From NCBI GenBank assembly GCA_030765185.1, contig JAVCDE010000026.1, positions 108,007 through 172,006 on the forward strand: DNA of 64,000 nucleotides. Direction: 5' to 3'. The notes beneath the pieces were generated by a model. That model did no database searches. It saw nothing but the letters and a program-made list of their open reading frames with translations, and had not been told where the DNA came from. Source of the DNA: Candidatus Aceula meridiana. Lineage in GTDB: Bacteria; Omnitrophota; Gorgyraeia; Zapsychrales; Aceulaceae. How positions within the stretch are numbered: position 1 is the first letter of the stretch; every line of letters begins with the position of its first letter. Shown piece after piece: positions 38,828-49,102 of the stretch. Made by a program: the position numbers and the translations under genes.

Positions 38828-39735
38828 AATCTATAAGGACATATCGTCTGGCGAAGGATGTTTGTTGTGCTATTTGCAGGAGTCAAGAAGCAAAAGAGAT
38901 ATATGAATATTCTTATGAAAATAAAGAATATTTAATAGTGCAATGTTTGTCCTGTGGCCATTTATTTATCGCTTCTAATCTTTTAGTAAGTTTATCATCG
39001 CGCAGCATGGAAACAATTGAAGATGCTGAAATGCATGGTAGTCGCGCAATGAAGAATTTACATAAGCAATTTATTATAAAAAAAGAAATCAAGAAGACAA
39101 GACAGATTATAAGCAAGCCGCATCCCCGACTTTTAGACATTGGATGCGGAACGGGCTGGATCACAAATATATGGAAAGAAAGTGGTTTTGATGTTGTTGG
39201 GCTGGAGCCTTCACAGCAAAGGGCAAGAATCGCTGAAAGCAAATACAGCTTTCCTGTTTGCAAATCATATATTGAGGATTATTTTCCAGAAGAGAAGTTT
39301 GATGTGATTATCCTGCGTCATGTTTTAGAGCATATTGAAAATCCGACGGAGATATTAAATAAAATAAGAAGTTGGCTGGGCGCAGGAGGGATGTTAATTA
39401 TTACAGTACCCAATATAAATTCGATTGGAAGATATTTGTTTAGGAAGAATTGGGAATGGGTTTTGCCGTGGCATCTACATTTTTTTAAGCCAGACACCCT
39501 AATGGCCCTTACTCAAAAAACAGGTTTCCAAAAAGTGCATTTTTACCAAACACCGTCTCCTTTGTGGTATCCAGCAAGTTTTGGGAGAATCTTTAGAAAA
39601 GGGAGTAAGCTGAGGCAATATTTTTGTCAGGCACCTAGCGTGATTAAGCTGTTACCTTTTTTTCCTTTGATCTTAATTGGGTACATCTTTAATTTAAATG
39701 ATAATATGACACTATTTTTGAAGAAAGATGCATAA
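38821..39735 (+). CDS. Class I SAM-dependent methyltransferase with N-terminal Zn-ribbon
   Basis: CAIC..CLSCG, LLDIGCGTG, HVLEHI, ITVPN, PWHLHFF. Confidence 0.88.
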   Translation: MLKSIRTYRLAKDVCCAICRSQEAKEIYEYSYENKEYLIVQCLSCGHLFIASNLLVSLSSRSMETIEDAEMHGSRAMKNLHKQFIIKKEIKKTRQIISKPHPRLLDIGCGTGWITNIWKESGFDVVGLEPSQQRARIAESKYSFPVCKSYIEDYFPEEKFDVIILRHVLEHIENPTEILNKIRSWLGAGGMLIITVPNINSIGRYLFRKNWEWVLPWHLHFFKPDTLMALTQKTGFQKVHFYQTPSPLWYPASFGRIFRKGSKLRQYFCQAPSVIKLLPFFPLILIGYIFNLNDNMTLFLKKDA

Positions 39736-39858
39736 GAGTGATTTTATTGGATGACTATCAGGAAAGATCAGCTAAGCCATTTTTTTAATTTTTTTAGAAA
39801 TCAAAAGTTTGTGGAGATATTTTTATCAAAGTCATTCAACAGCGAATGAGCCGATGAT

Positions 39859-42177
39859 ATGGACAAGAAGAAACTAAAAATTGTTTTTTATCGACATAGC
39901 CTATTGAGCCGAGGTGGTGACAAGATGATTATTTCCTATGCTAATTTTTTGTCAAAGCAAGGGCATGATGTTTGTTTGTATGCGAATATTTTTAAGACAA
40001 AATTTTTTGTTGATGAAAAAGTATCCGTTAAGCGAATTCCCTTAAGAACAAAATTTGGAACGATTTTGTGGGCCCTCCTAAAGGACATTGATGCTGACGT
40101 TGTTATCGCAGATATTATTGCAATGTCAGTATTTTTGTTTGCCCGAAATACAAAGCGTGTTTTGTATTTTGCACAAGATTATGATATTTTTTATTACAAA
40201 AGTATTGTGCTGCGCGTTTTAGTCTGGTTTTTTTATGTTGTTGGTTTAAAAGTTTTCAGGATTCCCTGCCTTGCAGTATCTGAAGGACTAAAAAAAGAAC
40301 TGAGTAGATTTAATAATGATATTAGTGTTGTCCAAAACGGGATTGATCTTAAGATTTTTTCACAGCAAGGAGACAGAATTCCAGGAGAGCATAAAAAATC
40401 AATTTTAATTTTTGCGCGGAAAGACTCAAGAAAAGGTTTGGATGTTTCAATAAAAGCATTAAAGGATTTTAATCTTCCTGATGCAGAAATTTGGGTAATA
40501 GGAGAGGAGCTTAGGGGCGAAGATTTTTCTATGCTTGTTCGGAATTTTGGCTATGTTTCCCCTGAAAGGGTTGCGATGATTTTACGAAGCGCAGCTGTTC
40601 TTTTGTATCCGAGCTACCATGAAGGCTTTGGGCTATTGGTTCTAGAGTCTATGGCCTGCGGCTGCCCCGTGGTAGCGACAGATACGGTTGGATTTATTAG
40701 GCATCAAGAAACAGGCTGGTTATCCTCTCTCGGTGATCCAGGCAGTTTTAAGGCGGGAATTGTTGCCCTGTTTGAGGACTACTCTTTTAGAGAAAAAATT
40801 GTTCAAAATGGTCTCCATCTGACAAAGCAATATGATATAAAAAAAAGCTGTTGGGATTTTGAAAAAGAGATATCGCAAAAGGTTGGTCAGATTAAAGAAA
40901 GAAAAAATGCAAAGGAACATAATTTGAAAGAAAGTTATAAAGACTATAAGTTCTATAATTTTCCTAAAAAATTATCTGTTGAGGATTATTACCAAGCAGA
41001 AAAAGAATTACTTTTATTTCTTTCAACAATCCCATGGATTAAGTCTGTCTATTATTATGGGTCTTATCCCGAATCTTTTATTCCGGGTTTATCCGACATT
41101 GACTTTATTTGCGTTATAGATCCTGCAATGAAGCACGATTTTTACCAAGTTTACCGATGGCTTAAGAAACATAAGTTTTTTCAAAATTTTGTTTATGATC
41201 AGGCTCCTTATTTTGTATCTGAGGATGTTTTTAGAAAGAGCCCTTATTATTTAACGAATTCCAGCTGGAGTTATAAATACAAATCCGGTGAGAGAATTAT
41301 TTTTCAAGATATTGATAAGACTCAAAAGTATTTTGTTTTATTGGTTCAGAATATAAGTTACGTCATTTTTGCTTTATCCCAACTAAATTTTTATTTAAGA
41401 ATAAGAGGTGTAAATGTTAGGAGATCACTCAATTTGTTAAAAGGGATAAGATCCAGAATTGAAGAGCTAAGAGGTTTGGATTTCTTAAATCCGAGGTGTG
41501 AAGAATTTCTAGAAGAGCTTCAAAATATTCGTAAAAATTGGTTCTTACTATCAACTCAAAAACAAAAATTAGAGATTTTACAAATGCTTGTAACAGGGAA
41601 ATGCCTTCTTGAGGAAATCGTCATATTTTTAAATAAGCATGCAGATGGCTTTCTTTTTACAAGAGCAAAAAATAAGAGAGAGGACCCTATTTTATTAAAA
41701 ACAGAAAGAAATATTTTGGCTATTTTTTCAGATAAGAGGTGGGAGCAAAGAGGATCTTCTTTTAGTCATAAAAGAATTTTCTTGGGTAACAAAATGCCAG
41801 TTTTCTTTTATCGATTAATGGATTTTTCTTGTTGGAATATTGTTGTCTTGCCGGAGAGTTTAGCTAATTACTTCTTTGCTATTTTAAGTTGTAAAAATAG
41901 TTTTAGCGGAAAAATAAAATCTTCTCTTATGTCGTCTCGTAATTTCTTTTTAACAAAATTAAATTGCCCCTTTTTAAATATTATACAAACGCAGGCCGAG
42001 TTTTATGATCGCTATTGGCAATTTTTGAACGCAACTCGATACGGGGCAAGCTTTTGTCCGTTTGTGCAACTTTTTATCAACGAAAGCATCGAGCTGTTTA
42101 GCCGTAATAATATTTTGCGTAAAATGATAAGATATTTATCGCGTTATAATTTTTGTTCCATTTTGAAAAAAATGTAG
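39859..42177 (+). CDS. GT4 glycosyltransferase fused to a Pol-beta-superfamily nucleotidyltransferase-like domain
   Basis: GGDK, NGID, RKG, EGFGLLVLESMACG (GT4); from 40939 NFPKKLS..YYGS...PGLSDIDF. Confidence 0.85.
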   Translation: MDKKKLKIVFYRHSLLSRGGDKMIISYANFLSKQGHDVCLYANIFKTKFFVDEKVSVKRIPLRTKFGTILWALLKDIDADVVIADIIAMSVFLFARNTKRVLYFAQDYDIFYYKSIVLRVLVWFFYVVGLKVFRIPCLAVSEGLKKELSRFNNDISVVQNGIDLKIFSQQGDRIPGEHKKSILIFARKDSRKGLDVSIKALKDFNLPDAEIWVIGEELRGEDFSMLVRNFGYVSPERVAMILRSAAVLLYPSYHEGFGLLVLESMACGCPVVATDTVGFIRHQETGWLSSLGDPGSFKAGIVALFEDYSFREKIVQNGLHLTKQYDIKKSCWDFEKEISQKVGQIKERKNAKEHNLKESYKDYKFYNFPKKLSVEDYYQAEKELLLFLSTIPWIKSVYYYGSYPESFIPGLSDIDFICVIDPAMKHDFYQVYRWLKKHKFFQNFVYDQAPYFVSEDVFRKSPYYLTNSSWSYKYKSGERIIFQDIDKTQKYFVLLVQNISYVIFALSQLNFYLRIRGVNVRRSLNLLKGIRSRIEELRGLDFLNPRCEEFLEELQNIRKNWFLLSTQKQKLEILQMLVTGKCLLEEIVIFLNKHADGFLFTRAKNKREDPILLKTERNILAIFSDKRWEQRGSSFSHKRIFLGNKMPVFFYRLMDFSCWNIVVLPESLANYFFAILSCKNSFSGKIKSSLMSSRNFFLTKLNCPFLNIIQTQAEFYDRYWQFLNATRYGASFCPFVQLFINESIELFSRNNILRKMIRYLSRYNFCSILKKM

Positions 42178-42187
42178 GAGTGCCAGA

Positions 42188-43471
42188 GTGACTGGAGAAC
42201 AGGTTATAAGTAAAAATATTAAAGATTATAATTTTTTTAATTTTCCTAAGAAATTAAGCTTGGCGGATTATAAGGAAACTAAATCAAAAGTTATTTCCTA
42301 TCTTTCCAAGCAAAAAGGCGTTGTCTCTGTGTATACATTTGGAACATCTCGTGACATTTCCTGCCCTGGGATTTCTGATTTGGATATCGCCTTCATTCTT
42401 GATGAGGGAGCCAGGATTGACGGGGGGTGTTTTCATCAACTTCCTAGAGCTGGTAATAAAGATAAATATATTCTTCAGCATGGTTTGGGTTTTGGAGTTG
42501 ATAAATTCATTTTTAAGAATATTAAAAAAGTTTTATTCTTTCCAAATTCTGATTTGTTTCTAGAGTGGGGCCAGGGCATTCAGCTCGATTCGCCGTCTTT
42601 TAATGAGAAAAAGTTTTGTTATTTATCGAAGATTTATAAGACTGCGCTTAATTTGTCGACGGTATTTAATTTATTAGAGCTTAGGTCAATCAACATCCTA
42701 CATGCATTGAAATGTTTGAACGGAAATTGTCATGATATTAGGTCTGCGCAAGAGATAGGAATTAATCGAGATAATTGGGATGATTATGTCGATGAGGTTC
42801 TTTTGTTAAGAAGAGAATGGTTTATGTTTAAACAAAAAGAAGCTGTGGCACTTCTTTTTAGTCTATTGCACAAGTCGCTTGAGATTTTTAGAAGTCTTAT
42901 CGAAGCGTTTGAATCCTTTTCCGTATCTGAGGGAATTCCATCGCTAGAAACAAATGAGGTTAAGATTTTTGATACAAATTTTAACTGGATTATTCTTTTT
43001 TCGGATATGCATTGGAGGGATCTAGGATTTTCGGAGGCAGACTTTTGTCGTTCAAAGGCTTTAAATTATTTTCCATTGTTTCTAAAAGAAATTAAAAGAA
43101 AGACAAAGACCAAGATTTCCATTTTACCAGAGAGGGCGTTTATTCTGATTTATTTTTATGCACTTTTTGGAAGTTCTCTTAACCAGAATTTTAAGAGTAA
43201 GCTTCTTTTTAAAGAAATGCCTGATTTTACGTTAGGTAAGCTGCCTTATTATGGTGAATTCTATAATCGCGCTAACCTTTTTAGTCATTATTGGAGTTTT
43301 TTAAAAGAAAACAAATTGACTCGGATTTGGTTTCCCTGTGTTTCTTTTGTTGCCCAACCGGATTATTTATCACAAAATATAAAGTTTCAAGCTTGGAGGG
43401 TATTTTCCAATTATGATAAAAGAAGGACTTTGAGCAAAATATTAAACAGTAAAGAATTTTTGAATGGATAA
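42188..43471 (+). CDS. Pol-beta-superfamily nucleotidyltransferase-like protein (paralog 2)
   Basis: NFPKKLS..YTFGT...PGISDLDI; homologous to 40939-42177 and 46031-47305. Confidence 0.75.
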   Translation: MTGEQVISKNIKDYNFFNFPKKLSLADYKETKSKVISYLSKQKGVVSVYTFGTSRDISCPGISDLDIAFILDEGARIDGGCFHQLPRAGNKDKYILQHGLGFGVDKFIFKNIKKVLFFPNSDLFLEWGQGIQLDSPSFNEKKFCYLSKIYKTALNLSTVFNLLELRSINILHALKCLNGNCHDIRSAQEIGINRDNWDDYVDEVLLLRREWFMFKQKEAVALLFSLLHKSLEIFRSLIEAFESFSVSEGIPSLETNEVKIFDTNFNWIILFSDMHWRDLGFSEADFCRSKALNYFPLFLKEIKRKTKTKISILPERAFILIYFYALFGSSLNQNFKSKLLFKEMPDFTLGKLPYYGEFYNRANLFSHYWSFLKENKLTRIWFPCVSFVAQPDYLSQNIKFQAWRVFSNYDKRRTLSKILNSKEFLNG

Positions 43472-43480
43472 AAAAGAGTC

Positions 43481-44977
43481 ATGGCAAAGAAACAGCTAAT
43501 ATTTCTTACAATTATTTTACTTATTGCGATGTATTTTCAAATACATGATCTTGATCAGGAGAGTTTTCGATCTGACGAGGGATTCTCGGTCATGACAAGT
43601 CACCTTAGCTTATCCAAGATTATCCAAAAAACTTCTCTTGATGTTCATCCACCTCTTTATTATTTTATTTTACATTATTGGATGGAGTGGCTTGGAGATT
43701 CAGAATATTCAACGCGCCTGCTTTCTGTTGTTTTTGGTTTTTTGTTAATTTTCATGGTTTATCGATTAGGGTGTCTTATTTTCGATAAAGATGTAGGGCT
43801 TTTAGGGGCTTTTTTTGTTGCGCTTTCTAAGTTTCATATCAAGTATTCGCAAGACGCAAGAGGCTATAGTCTTTTAGCTTTTTTGGCGGTAGCATCGATG
43901 CACAGCTTTATAAAACTTTTTAAAAAAGAAAATAGGAATATTGACTATCTTGGATATATTTTCTTCAGCACTCTTTTAATATACACGCATATCTACGGTT
44001 TATTTATTATTATAGCGCAAAATATTTATTTTATAGTGTTGTGCTATTTTTCAAAATGGAAACGTAATTTTTGTTTTAAGAAATGGATTTTTTTGCAGAC
44101 GACACTTTTTATTTTGTTTCTTCCATGGGTTAGGGTTTTTATCGGGCAGGTATTTAGAATACAGGGGCACTATTGGATACGTGATCCTAGCATCCTGACG
44201 ACTTTTAGATTTTTAATTATTATTCTTGGTTCTAGGTCGTTGCTTTTTTTATTTTCAGTGTTGATACTCTTCGCCCTGGTAAGGCTTAGAAATAAGGATG
44301 AACTCTTTTTCAAAAAAAGCTTTTCAGAATCTTCTAATCCTTGTCACTCTAATAACAAATTGACGTTTTTTGAAAAGAATTTTTTTCTTCTTATGTGGAT
44401 TTTGACTCCCATGGTCCTGCCGTTTATCATTTCTAAGATTTCCACCCCCATTTACCATCACCGATATCTCATGGCGGCTTCGCCGGCTTTTTTCTTATTA
44501 GCGGCCAGAGGAATGGTGAATATAAGGAAATATAGCAAATATGTTGGTCTTTCTCTGCTCTTTATTATCATTTCTTTTTCTTTATTAGAAATCAATGAGT
44601 ATTATGACAAGGTGAAAAAGCATCAGTGGCGAGAAGCAGCTTATTATATTGAATCAAAAGCAAAAACTCAGGATTTATTATTGTTTAACGCAGGATTCTG
44701 TAGGGAAACTGCTTTTGCCTATTATTCTCGGAGAGCGGACATCACCAGGAGATCTTTTCCTCCAAAAGCTATTTTTGCTAATGAAGGCAACATAAGGAAT
44801 CTTGATCCGATCATTGAGCCCTATGATCGGGTTTGGTTTATATTGGCGCATAATCACGACCCTAAAAAGCTGATACTTAAAAAACTCAGCAAAGAGTATT
44901 GCTTGGTTGACTATAAAGAATACTTCTTAATAAAAATATTTTTATTTGAGAAAATCAACCCTAAGGCTCGGGAGTGA
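43481..44977 (+). CDS. GT-C glycosyltransferase (GT39/ArnT-like), paralog A
   Basis: SFRSDE, DVHPPLYY, RLLS, YSQDARGY, LPW, RY, QWREAA. Confidence 0.88.
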   Translation: MAKKQLIFLTIILLIAMYFQIHDLDQESFRSDEGFSVMTSHLSLSKIIQKTSLDVHPPLYYFILHYWMEWLGDSEYSTRLLSVVFGFLLIFMVYRLGCLIFDKDVGLLGAFFVALSKFHIKYSQDARGYSLLAFLAVASMHSFIKLFKKENRNIDYLGYIFFSTLLIYTHIYGLFIIIAQNIYFIVLCYFSKWKRNFCFKKWIFLQTTLFILFLPWVRVFIGQVFRIQGHYWIRDPSILTTFRFLIIILGSRSLLFLFSVLILFALVRLRNKDELFFKKSFSESSNPCHSNNKLTFFEKNFFLLMWILTPMVLPFIISKISTPIYHHRYLMAASPAFFLLAARGMVNIRKYSKYVGLSLLFIIISFSLLEINEYYDKVKKHQWREAAYYIESKAKTQDLLLFNAGFCRETAFAYYSRRADITRRSFPPKAIFANEGNIRNLDPIIEPYDRVWFILAHNHDPKKLILKKLSKEYCLVDYKEYFLIKIFLFEKINPKARE

Positions 44978-45065
44978 ATTAATAGTTATAAAAATTTTTA
45001 GGATTTAAGAATTAATTTATAAAGTCTGTTTTTTCAGTGTTTACTTATTGGATAATTTTGAAAGG

Positions 45066-46034
45066 ATGGCTCTTGTGAGGATAGGAAAAGAATGGAAAGT
45101 TTTAAGAATTTCTAGAAAAAAGGTATTTTTGATAATGCTGCTACTTGTAGTTACTTTTTTCTTCTCGAGGAAGCCAGCTGATGTCCCTGAGCCAGTAGAT
45201 ATCCTTAATAATGCTCCGTTTGGGCATCCTTTTATAATTTATGAAAATAATGATTTTTATGCTATCTATAAGCCCCCTGGCTACATTGTTAGCGTTTCGT
45301 CAACTAATAAGCATGGAAATTTAGAGAATTTAGATCCAAATGGGCTTTTTCTTCAGAAGTGGTTGTCAGATAATTTTACGTACCCTATATCTAAGAATCC
45401 AAAGTATCGATACGGCCTGTTGCATCGATTAGATAAAAATACTTCTGGGGTTGTCCTTGCGGCTAAGAATGCTGCTTTTTGGGATTATGGATGGAGAGAA
45501 TTTTTTTATAAAAGAAAAATAAAAAAGAAGTATTTTGCCTTGGTTCATGGGAGGGTAGATCAATGCGGAGGAGATATTGCTAGAAGCATTGCGTGTTCAC
45601 ACACAAGAAACTTTAGATCTTTTACATGCAGGACCGTTCATCCAAAAAAAGGAAAATGTGCATTCTCTCGATATAAAGTTCTAGATTATTTTCAGAATAA
45701 AACAACAAAAGAATATTATTCTTTATTAGAGGTTCAAATCATAACAGGGAGAACTCATCAGATTAGAGTACACGTGTCTTCTATAGGGCATCCAATAGTT
45801 AGTGATGATAGATATATAGATGATAAAAATATGTTAGATGCGGACAGGGATTTCTGTCCAAGGATTTTTTTGCATGCAAAAGAAGTTTTTTTTCCTTATC
45901 ACGGTAAGATGATAAGAATTATTTCAGAGTTGCCAGAGGATTTAAAAAAAGCTTTGAGCCGGATAGATTTTTACGGGAAATGCTATAAGGAAGAAGAAAC
46001 TTATGGCAAAGCAGAGAGCAAAGGAGAACAATGA
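45066..46034 (+). CDS. RluA-family pseudouridine synthase with N-terminal hydrophobic anchor
   Basis: YKPPG, LLHRLDKNTSG (catalytic Asp), GRTHQIRVH, GHPIVSDDRY, IFLHA; RKKVFLIMLLLVVTFFF leader; start ATG 45066 or TTG 45048. Confidence 0.88.
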   Translation: MALVRIGKEWKVLRISRKKVFLIMLLLVVTFFFSRKPADVPEPVDILNNAPFGHPFIIYENNDFYAIYKPPGYIVSVSSTNKHGNLENLDPNGLFLQKWLSDNFTYPISKNPKYRYGLLHRLDKNTSGVVLAAKNAAFWDYGWREFFYKRKIKKKYFALVHGRVDQCGGDIARSIACSHTRNFRSFTCRTVHPKKGKCAFSRYKVLDYFQNKTTKEYYSLLEVQIITGRTHQIRVHVSSIGHPIVSDDRYIDDKNMLDADRDFCPRIFLHAKEVFFPYHGKMIRIISELPEDLKKALSRIDFYGKCYKEEETYGKAESKGEQ

Positions 46035-47305
46035 AAAGCACACCTTTTTTTTGTAATTTTCCGAAGAAATTAACTTTAAGAGATTATCAGGACGCAAAAA
46101 AAGATATTATTTGCAGCTTAGAAAAAGATTCTAGAGTTTCTTCTATTTATTCTTTTGGAAGCCGCGTAGAGGAAGGGTTAGATCCTGGTATTTCTGATAT
46201 GGATTTTCTTGTTTTAATAAAGAAAAAAGTGCGTGCGGAACTGGAAAATAAAAATCGATTTGAAGATAAGGCCTACGGAAGCGAGATCATTCGGTATATT
46301 TTAATGAACCAGCCAGCATGTTATCCGATAAGCGAGGGTTATTTAAGGCATTTTTCGTATTTTTTATGTAACGCTACAACACGTTTACAATGCGAGAAAG
46401 GGTATCAAGTTGACTACGGAGAGTTTTGTGAGACAAAAGGTGTAGAAGATAAAGTGGTTGTTTTGGGTGTCATTGCCCAAATTATAGAAATGTCGATAGC
46501 TAAAATTTGTATTTTACATGGAAGCCTCAACTCTGGAAGAATGGATGCGCGATTAATTTTAAAAATTTTACGCGGGATAAAAAACAATATTAAAAGGATG
46601 AAGGTTCTAGGATTTACCGATACTCGGTGGGATAATTTTATTGATTACATATCGGTTTTTAGGAAGGATTGGCATTCTTTTGAAAAGAAGGATCAAGAAA
46701 CTTTTTTAAAAGAGCAAAGGCTTCTTGGGTTAGAAATTTGTATCGAAATTTTATCAGAGCTTGATCAATTTCTTAGAAATAATATCTTCACTTCTTTGCA
46801 TGGAAGCAAGACTGCTCGAAATCTTTTGATGAAAGTTCATGATAATCGATTTATTTTATTTTCGGATTTTTTATGGAATAAAAAGCAGAATCTTTTCTTA
46901 GCTTTAAATAAAATAAGAAAAATAAATTTAAAACCTTGGGATATCGTTGTTCTGCCAGAATCGGTCTTTTTTTATTTTAGTTGTCATGCACAAATAGACA
47001 GCTTGTTAGGGCGATCCATAAGATCGATGATGGCATTCCCTGGGGTGGACATATCGGTGGAGAAGGTCGATGATTCTTACAGAGACGCTTTTTTTAAGCA
47101 AGCAGAGATCTATAGTCAATATTGGAATTTTTTATTAGAAAATGGTTTTAGTTATGGAATCGGGGGGCTAACCAGATTATTTTATAGGGAGCATCCCTTA
47201 AGAAATTTAAAGTCTAGAATAAAGAGGGTCATTTCTTTTTTTTATAAGCGAAATGCCTTGAGAAAGATTCAAAAGTTGTTTGGATGTGATACGCACGGAT
47301 TATAA
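46031..47305 (+). CDS. Pol-beta-superfamily nucleotidyltransferase-like protein (paralog 3)
   Basis: NFPKKLT..YSFGS...PGISDMDF, WDIVVLPES, QAEIYSQYWNFL; ATGA overlap with the upstream gene. Confidence 0.75.
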   Translation: MKSTPFFCNFPKKLTLRDYQDAKKDIICSLEKDSRVSSIYSFGSRVEEGLDPGISDMDFLVLIKKKVRAELENKNRFEDKAYGSEIIRYILMNQPACYPISEGYLRHFSYFLCNATTRLQCEKGYQVDYGEFCETKGVEDKVVVLGVIAQIIEMSIAKICILHGSLNSGRMDARLILKILRGIKNNIKRMKVLGFTDTRWDNFIDYISVFRKDWHSFEKKDQETFLKEQRLLGLEICIEILSELDQFLRNNIFTSLHGSKTARNLLMKVHDNRFILFSDFLWNKKQNLFLALNKIRKINLKPWDIVVLPESVFFYFSCHAQIDSLLGRSIRSMMAFPGVDISVEKVDDSYRDAFFKQAEIYSQYWNFLLENGFSYGIGGLTRLFYREHPLRNLKSRIKRVISFFYKRNALRKIQKLFGCDTHGL

Positions 47306-47415
47306 GAATAAACTTTAAGACGTAAGGTTCTTAGAGTTCAGATGGTACCAAAGTTAATTTTTTTGTGTATAAAGTTTTTTTTGAGGTGAGTGTGCTTTGA
47401 ACAGCAGCCTATGCG

Positions 47416-48138
47416 TCAAAGAATTTCTTCCTGATGGGATATTTCTGATTTGTTTAGAAATATGATTCGATCTGCCAGTTGCTGCATGAGAGAGAGATCG
47501 TGAGTTACCAGCAGAAGAGTTTTTCCTTTAGTTTTTAGTTCATTCATTTTGGCAAGGCATTTTCTTTTAAAATCTTCATCGCCCACTGCAATAATCTCAT
47601 CGATTAAATAAATATCTGCCTGGCTATGAATCGCGATAGAAAATGCCAGTCGTAAATACATACCCGAAGAATATTTTTTTACGGGCATATCAATAAATTC
47701 TTGGATTTCAGAGAAATCAATAATAAGGTCTAACAGATTCTTTATCTCAGGAATTTTCATCCCCAAGATTGCACCGTTAATAAAAATGTTTTCCCTTCCT
47801 GTCAAGTCTTTATGAAATCCTGCGCCAATTTCAAGAAGAGGCGCTATTCTTCCTTCTGCCTTGATTGTTCCTTTTGTCGGATAAGTTACTCCTGCGATTA
47901 GTTTTAGGATAGTACTTTTCCCAGCACCATTTGGTCCATAAAAGCCTAAAGTTTCTCCTTGAGCTATTGTCAGGTTGATTTTTTTTAGTGCCCAGAATTC
48001 GTCAGAACTGAGGTCTTTATTTTTTTTAAATTGAAATATATTAGCAATATCTTCACGCAATGATTTATGAAAGATTCTACTGCGTGAATATTTTTTCCAG
48101 ATATTTTTAAATTCGATTATTGGAGCATTAGATGACAT
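47416..48138 (-). CDS. wzt: Polysaccharide export ABC ATPase without C-terminal carbohydrate-binding domain
   Basis: FWALK, GPNGAGKST, LTGRENI, YSSGMYLRLAFS, DEIIAVGDEDF; ATG 48138 overlaps the end of wzm. Confidence 0.92.
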   Translation of the reverse strand: MSSNAPIIEFKNIWKKYSRSRIFHKSLREDIANIFQFKKNKDLSSDEFWALKKINLTIAQGETLGFYGPNGAGKSTILKLIAGVTYPTKGTIKAEGRIAPLLEIGAGFHKDLTGRENIFINGAILGMKIPEIKNLLDLIIDFSEIQEFIDMPVKKYSSGMYLRLAFSIAIHSQADIYLIDEIIAVGDEDFKRKCLAKMNELKTKGKTLLLVTHDLSLMQQLADRIIFLNKSEISHQEEIL

Positions 48139-48913
48139 CGGCAAATTTTCTTTCAGCTATTTTGAAGAAAGCAAAAGACATAATTAAAAAGATTGTTCCA
48201 GCAATAAGCATAGAAAGATATTCAGTGACGTTTATTGGTTTTCCTAAGAATAGACAGATTCTAAGATTCTTGATGATATATGCTAGAGGATTTAGAAAAG
48301 TAATTATTTTAAATCTTTCAGGAAGATTGTCGAGAGAATAAAGGATGGGGGTCGCAAAAAACCATAATCTTAATAAGGTAGCAATGGCTAAGCCGACGTC
48401 TCTATAATAAACATTAATGGAGCAAAGCAGCAGAGAGAAGGAAACGGTGAATAAGATTAAAAGTATGGTTAACGGGACACAGAATAGGGCTGTTAAGGGT
48501 ATTGGAATTTTATAAAAGAATAAGATACCCGCAAATATAATTCCAGCAATTAAGAAATCAACGAAGGCGACAGCAATGCCCGACAGGGGAAGAAAAATTC
48601 TTGGAAATTTTATTTTTTTAATTAAATTATGGTGGTTTGTTAAGCTTGGAACTGAATAATTTAAAGAAGAAAGAAAGAAAGTCCACGGTAGAAGGCCTGA
48701 GTAAAAGAAGACCGGTCTTGGTAAGTTAGAAACATGAGTAGGGATGACATAAGTAAAAATAAATGTAAAAACCAACATAAAACTAAGAGGCTGAATGATC
48801 GCCCAGGCTATGCCGAAAACCGCCTGGTTATACCGAACCGAAAACTCTTTCCAGATAAAGATTAACAGTAAATCTTTACACCGTATAATGTCTTTTAGTT
48901 CGGCTAGAAGCAT
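48128..48913 (-). CDS. wzm: Polysaccharide export ABC permease
   Basis: RY.QAVFGIAWAIIQPL, GLLPW, YYRD, TPILY, NPL, FADVI. Confidence 0.92.
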   Translation of the reverse strand: MLLAELKDIIRCKDLLLIFIWKEFSVRYNQAVFGIAWAIIQPLSFMLVFTFIFTYVIPTHVSNLPRPVFFYSGLLPWTFFLSSLNYSVPSLTNHHNLIKKIKFPRIFLPLSGIAVAFVDFLIAGIIFAGILFFYKIPIPLTALFCVPLTILLILFTVSFSLLLCSINVYYRDVGLAIATLLRLWFFATPILYSLDNLPERFKIITFLNPLAYIIKNLRICLFLGKPINVTEYLSMLIAGTIFLIMSFAFFKIAERKFADVI

Positions 48914-49102
48914 AATATAAAGGATGGGATCGGCATATTTTTAAGCACAAATATTTTTAATGTTAGTTTTTTAAGCCCAAATATTATTATATAATGAATA
49001 ATACCATAAAAGATTTTTTTAATAAAAATTAATTTCAGCTTCTTAGTTCTATGGTCTGTATTGCCTGAGCCCTAGAGAACAACCTTCGAGAAATAAATAA
49101 CA

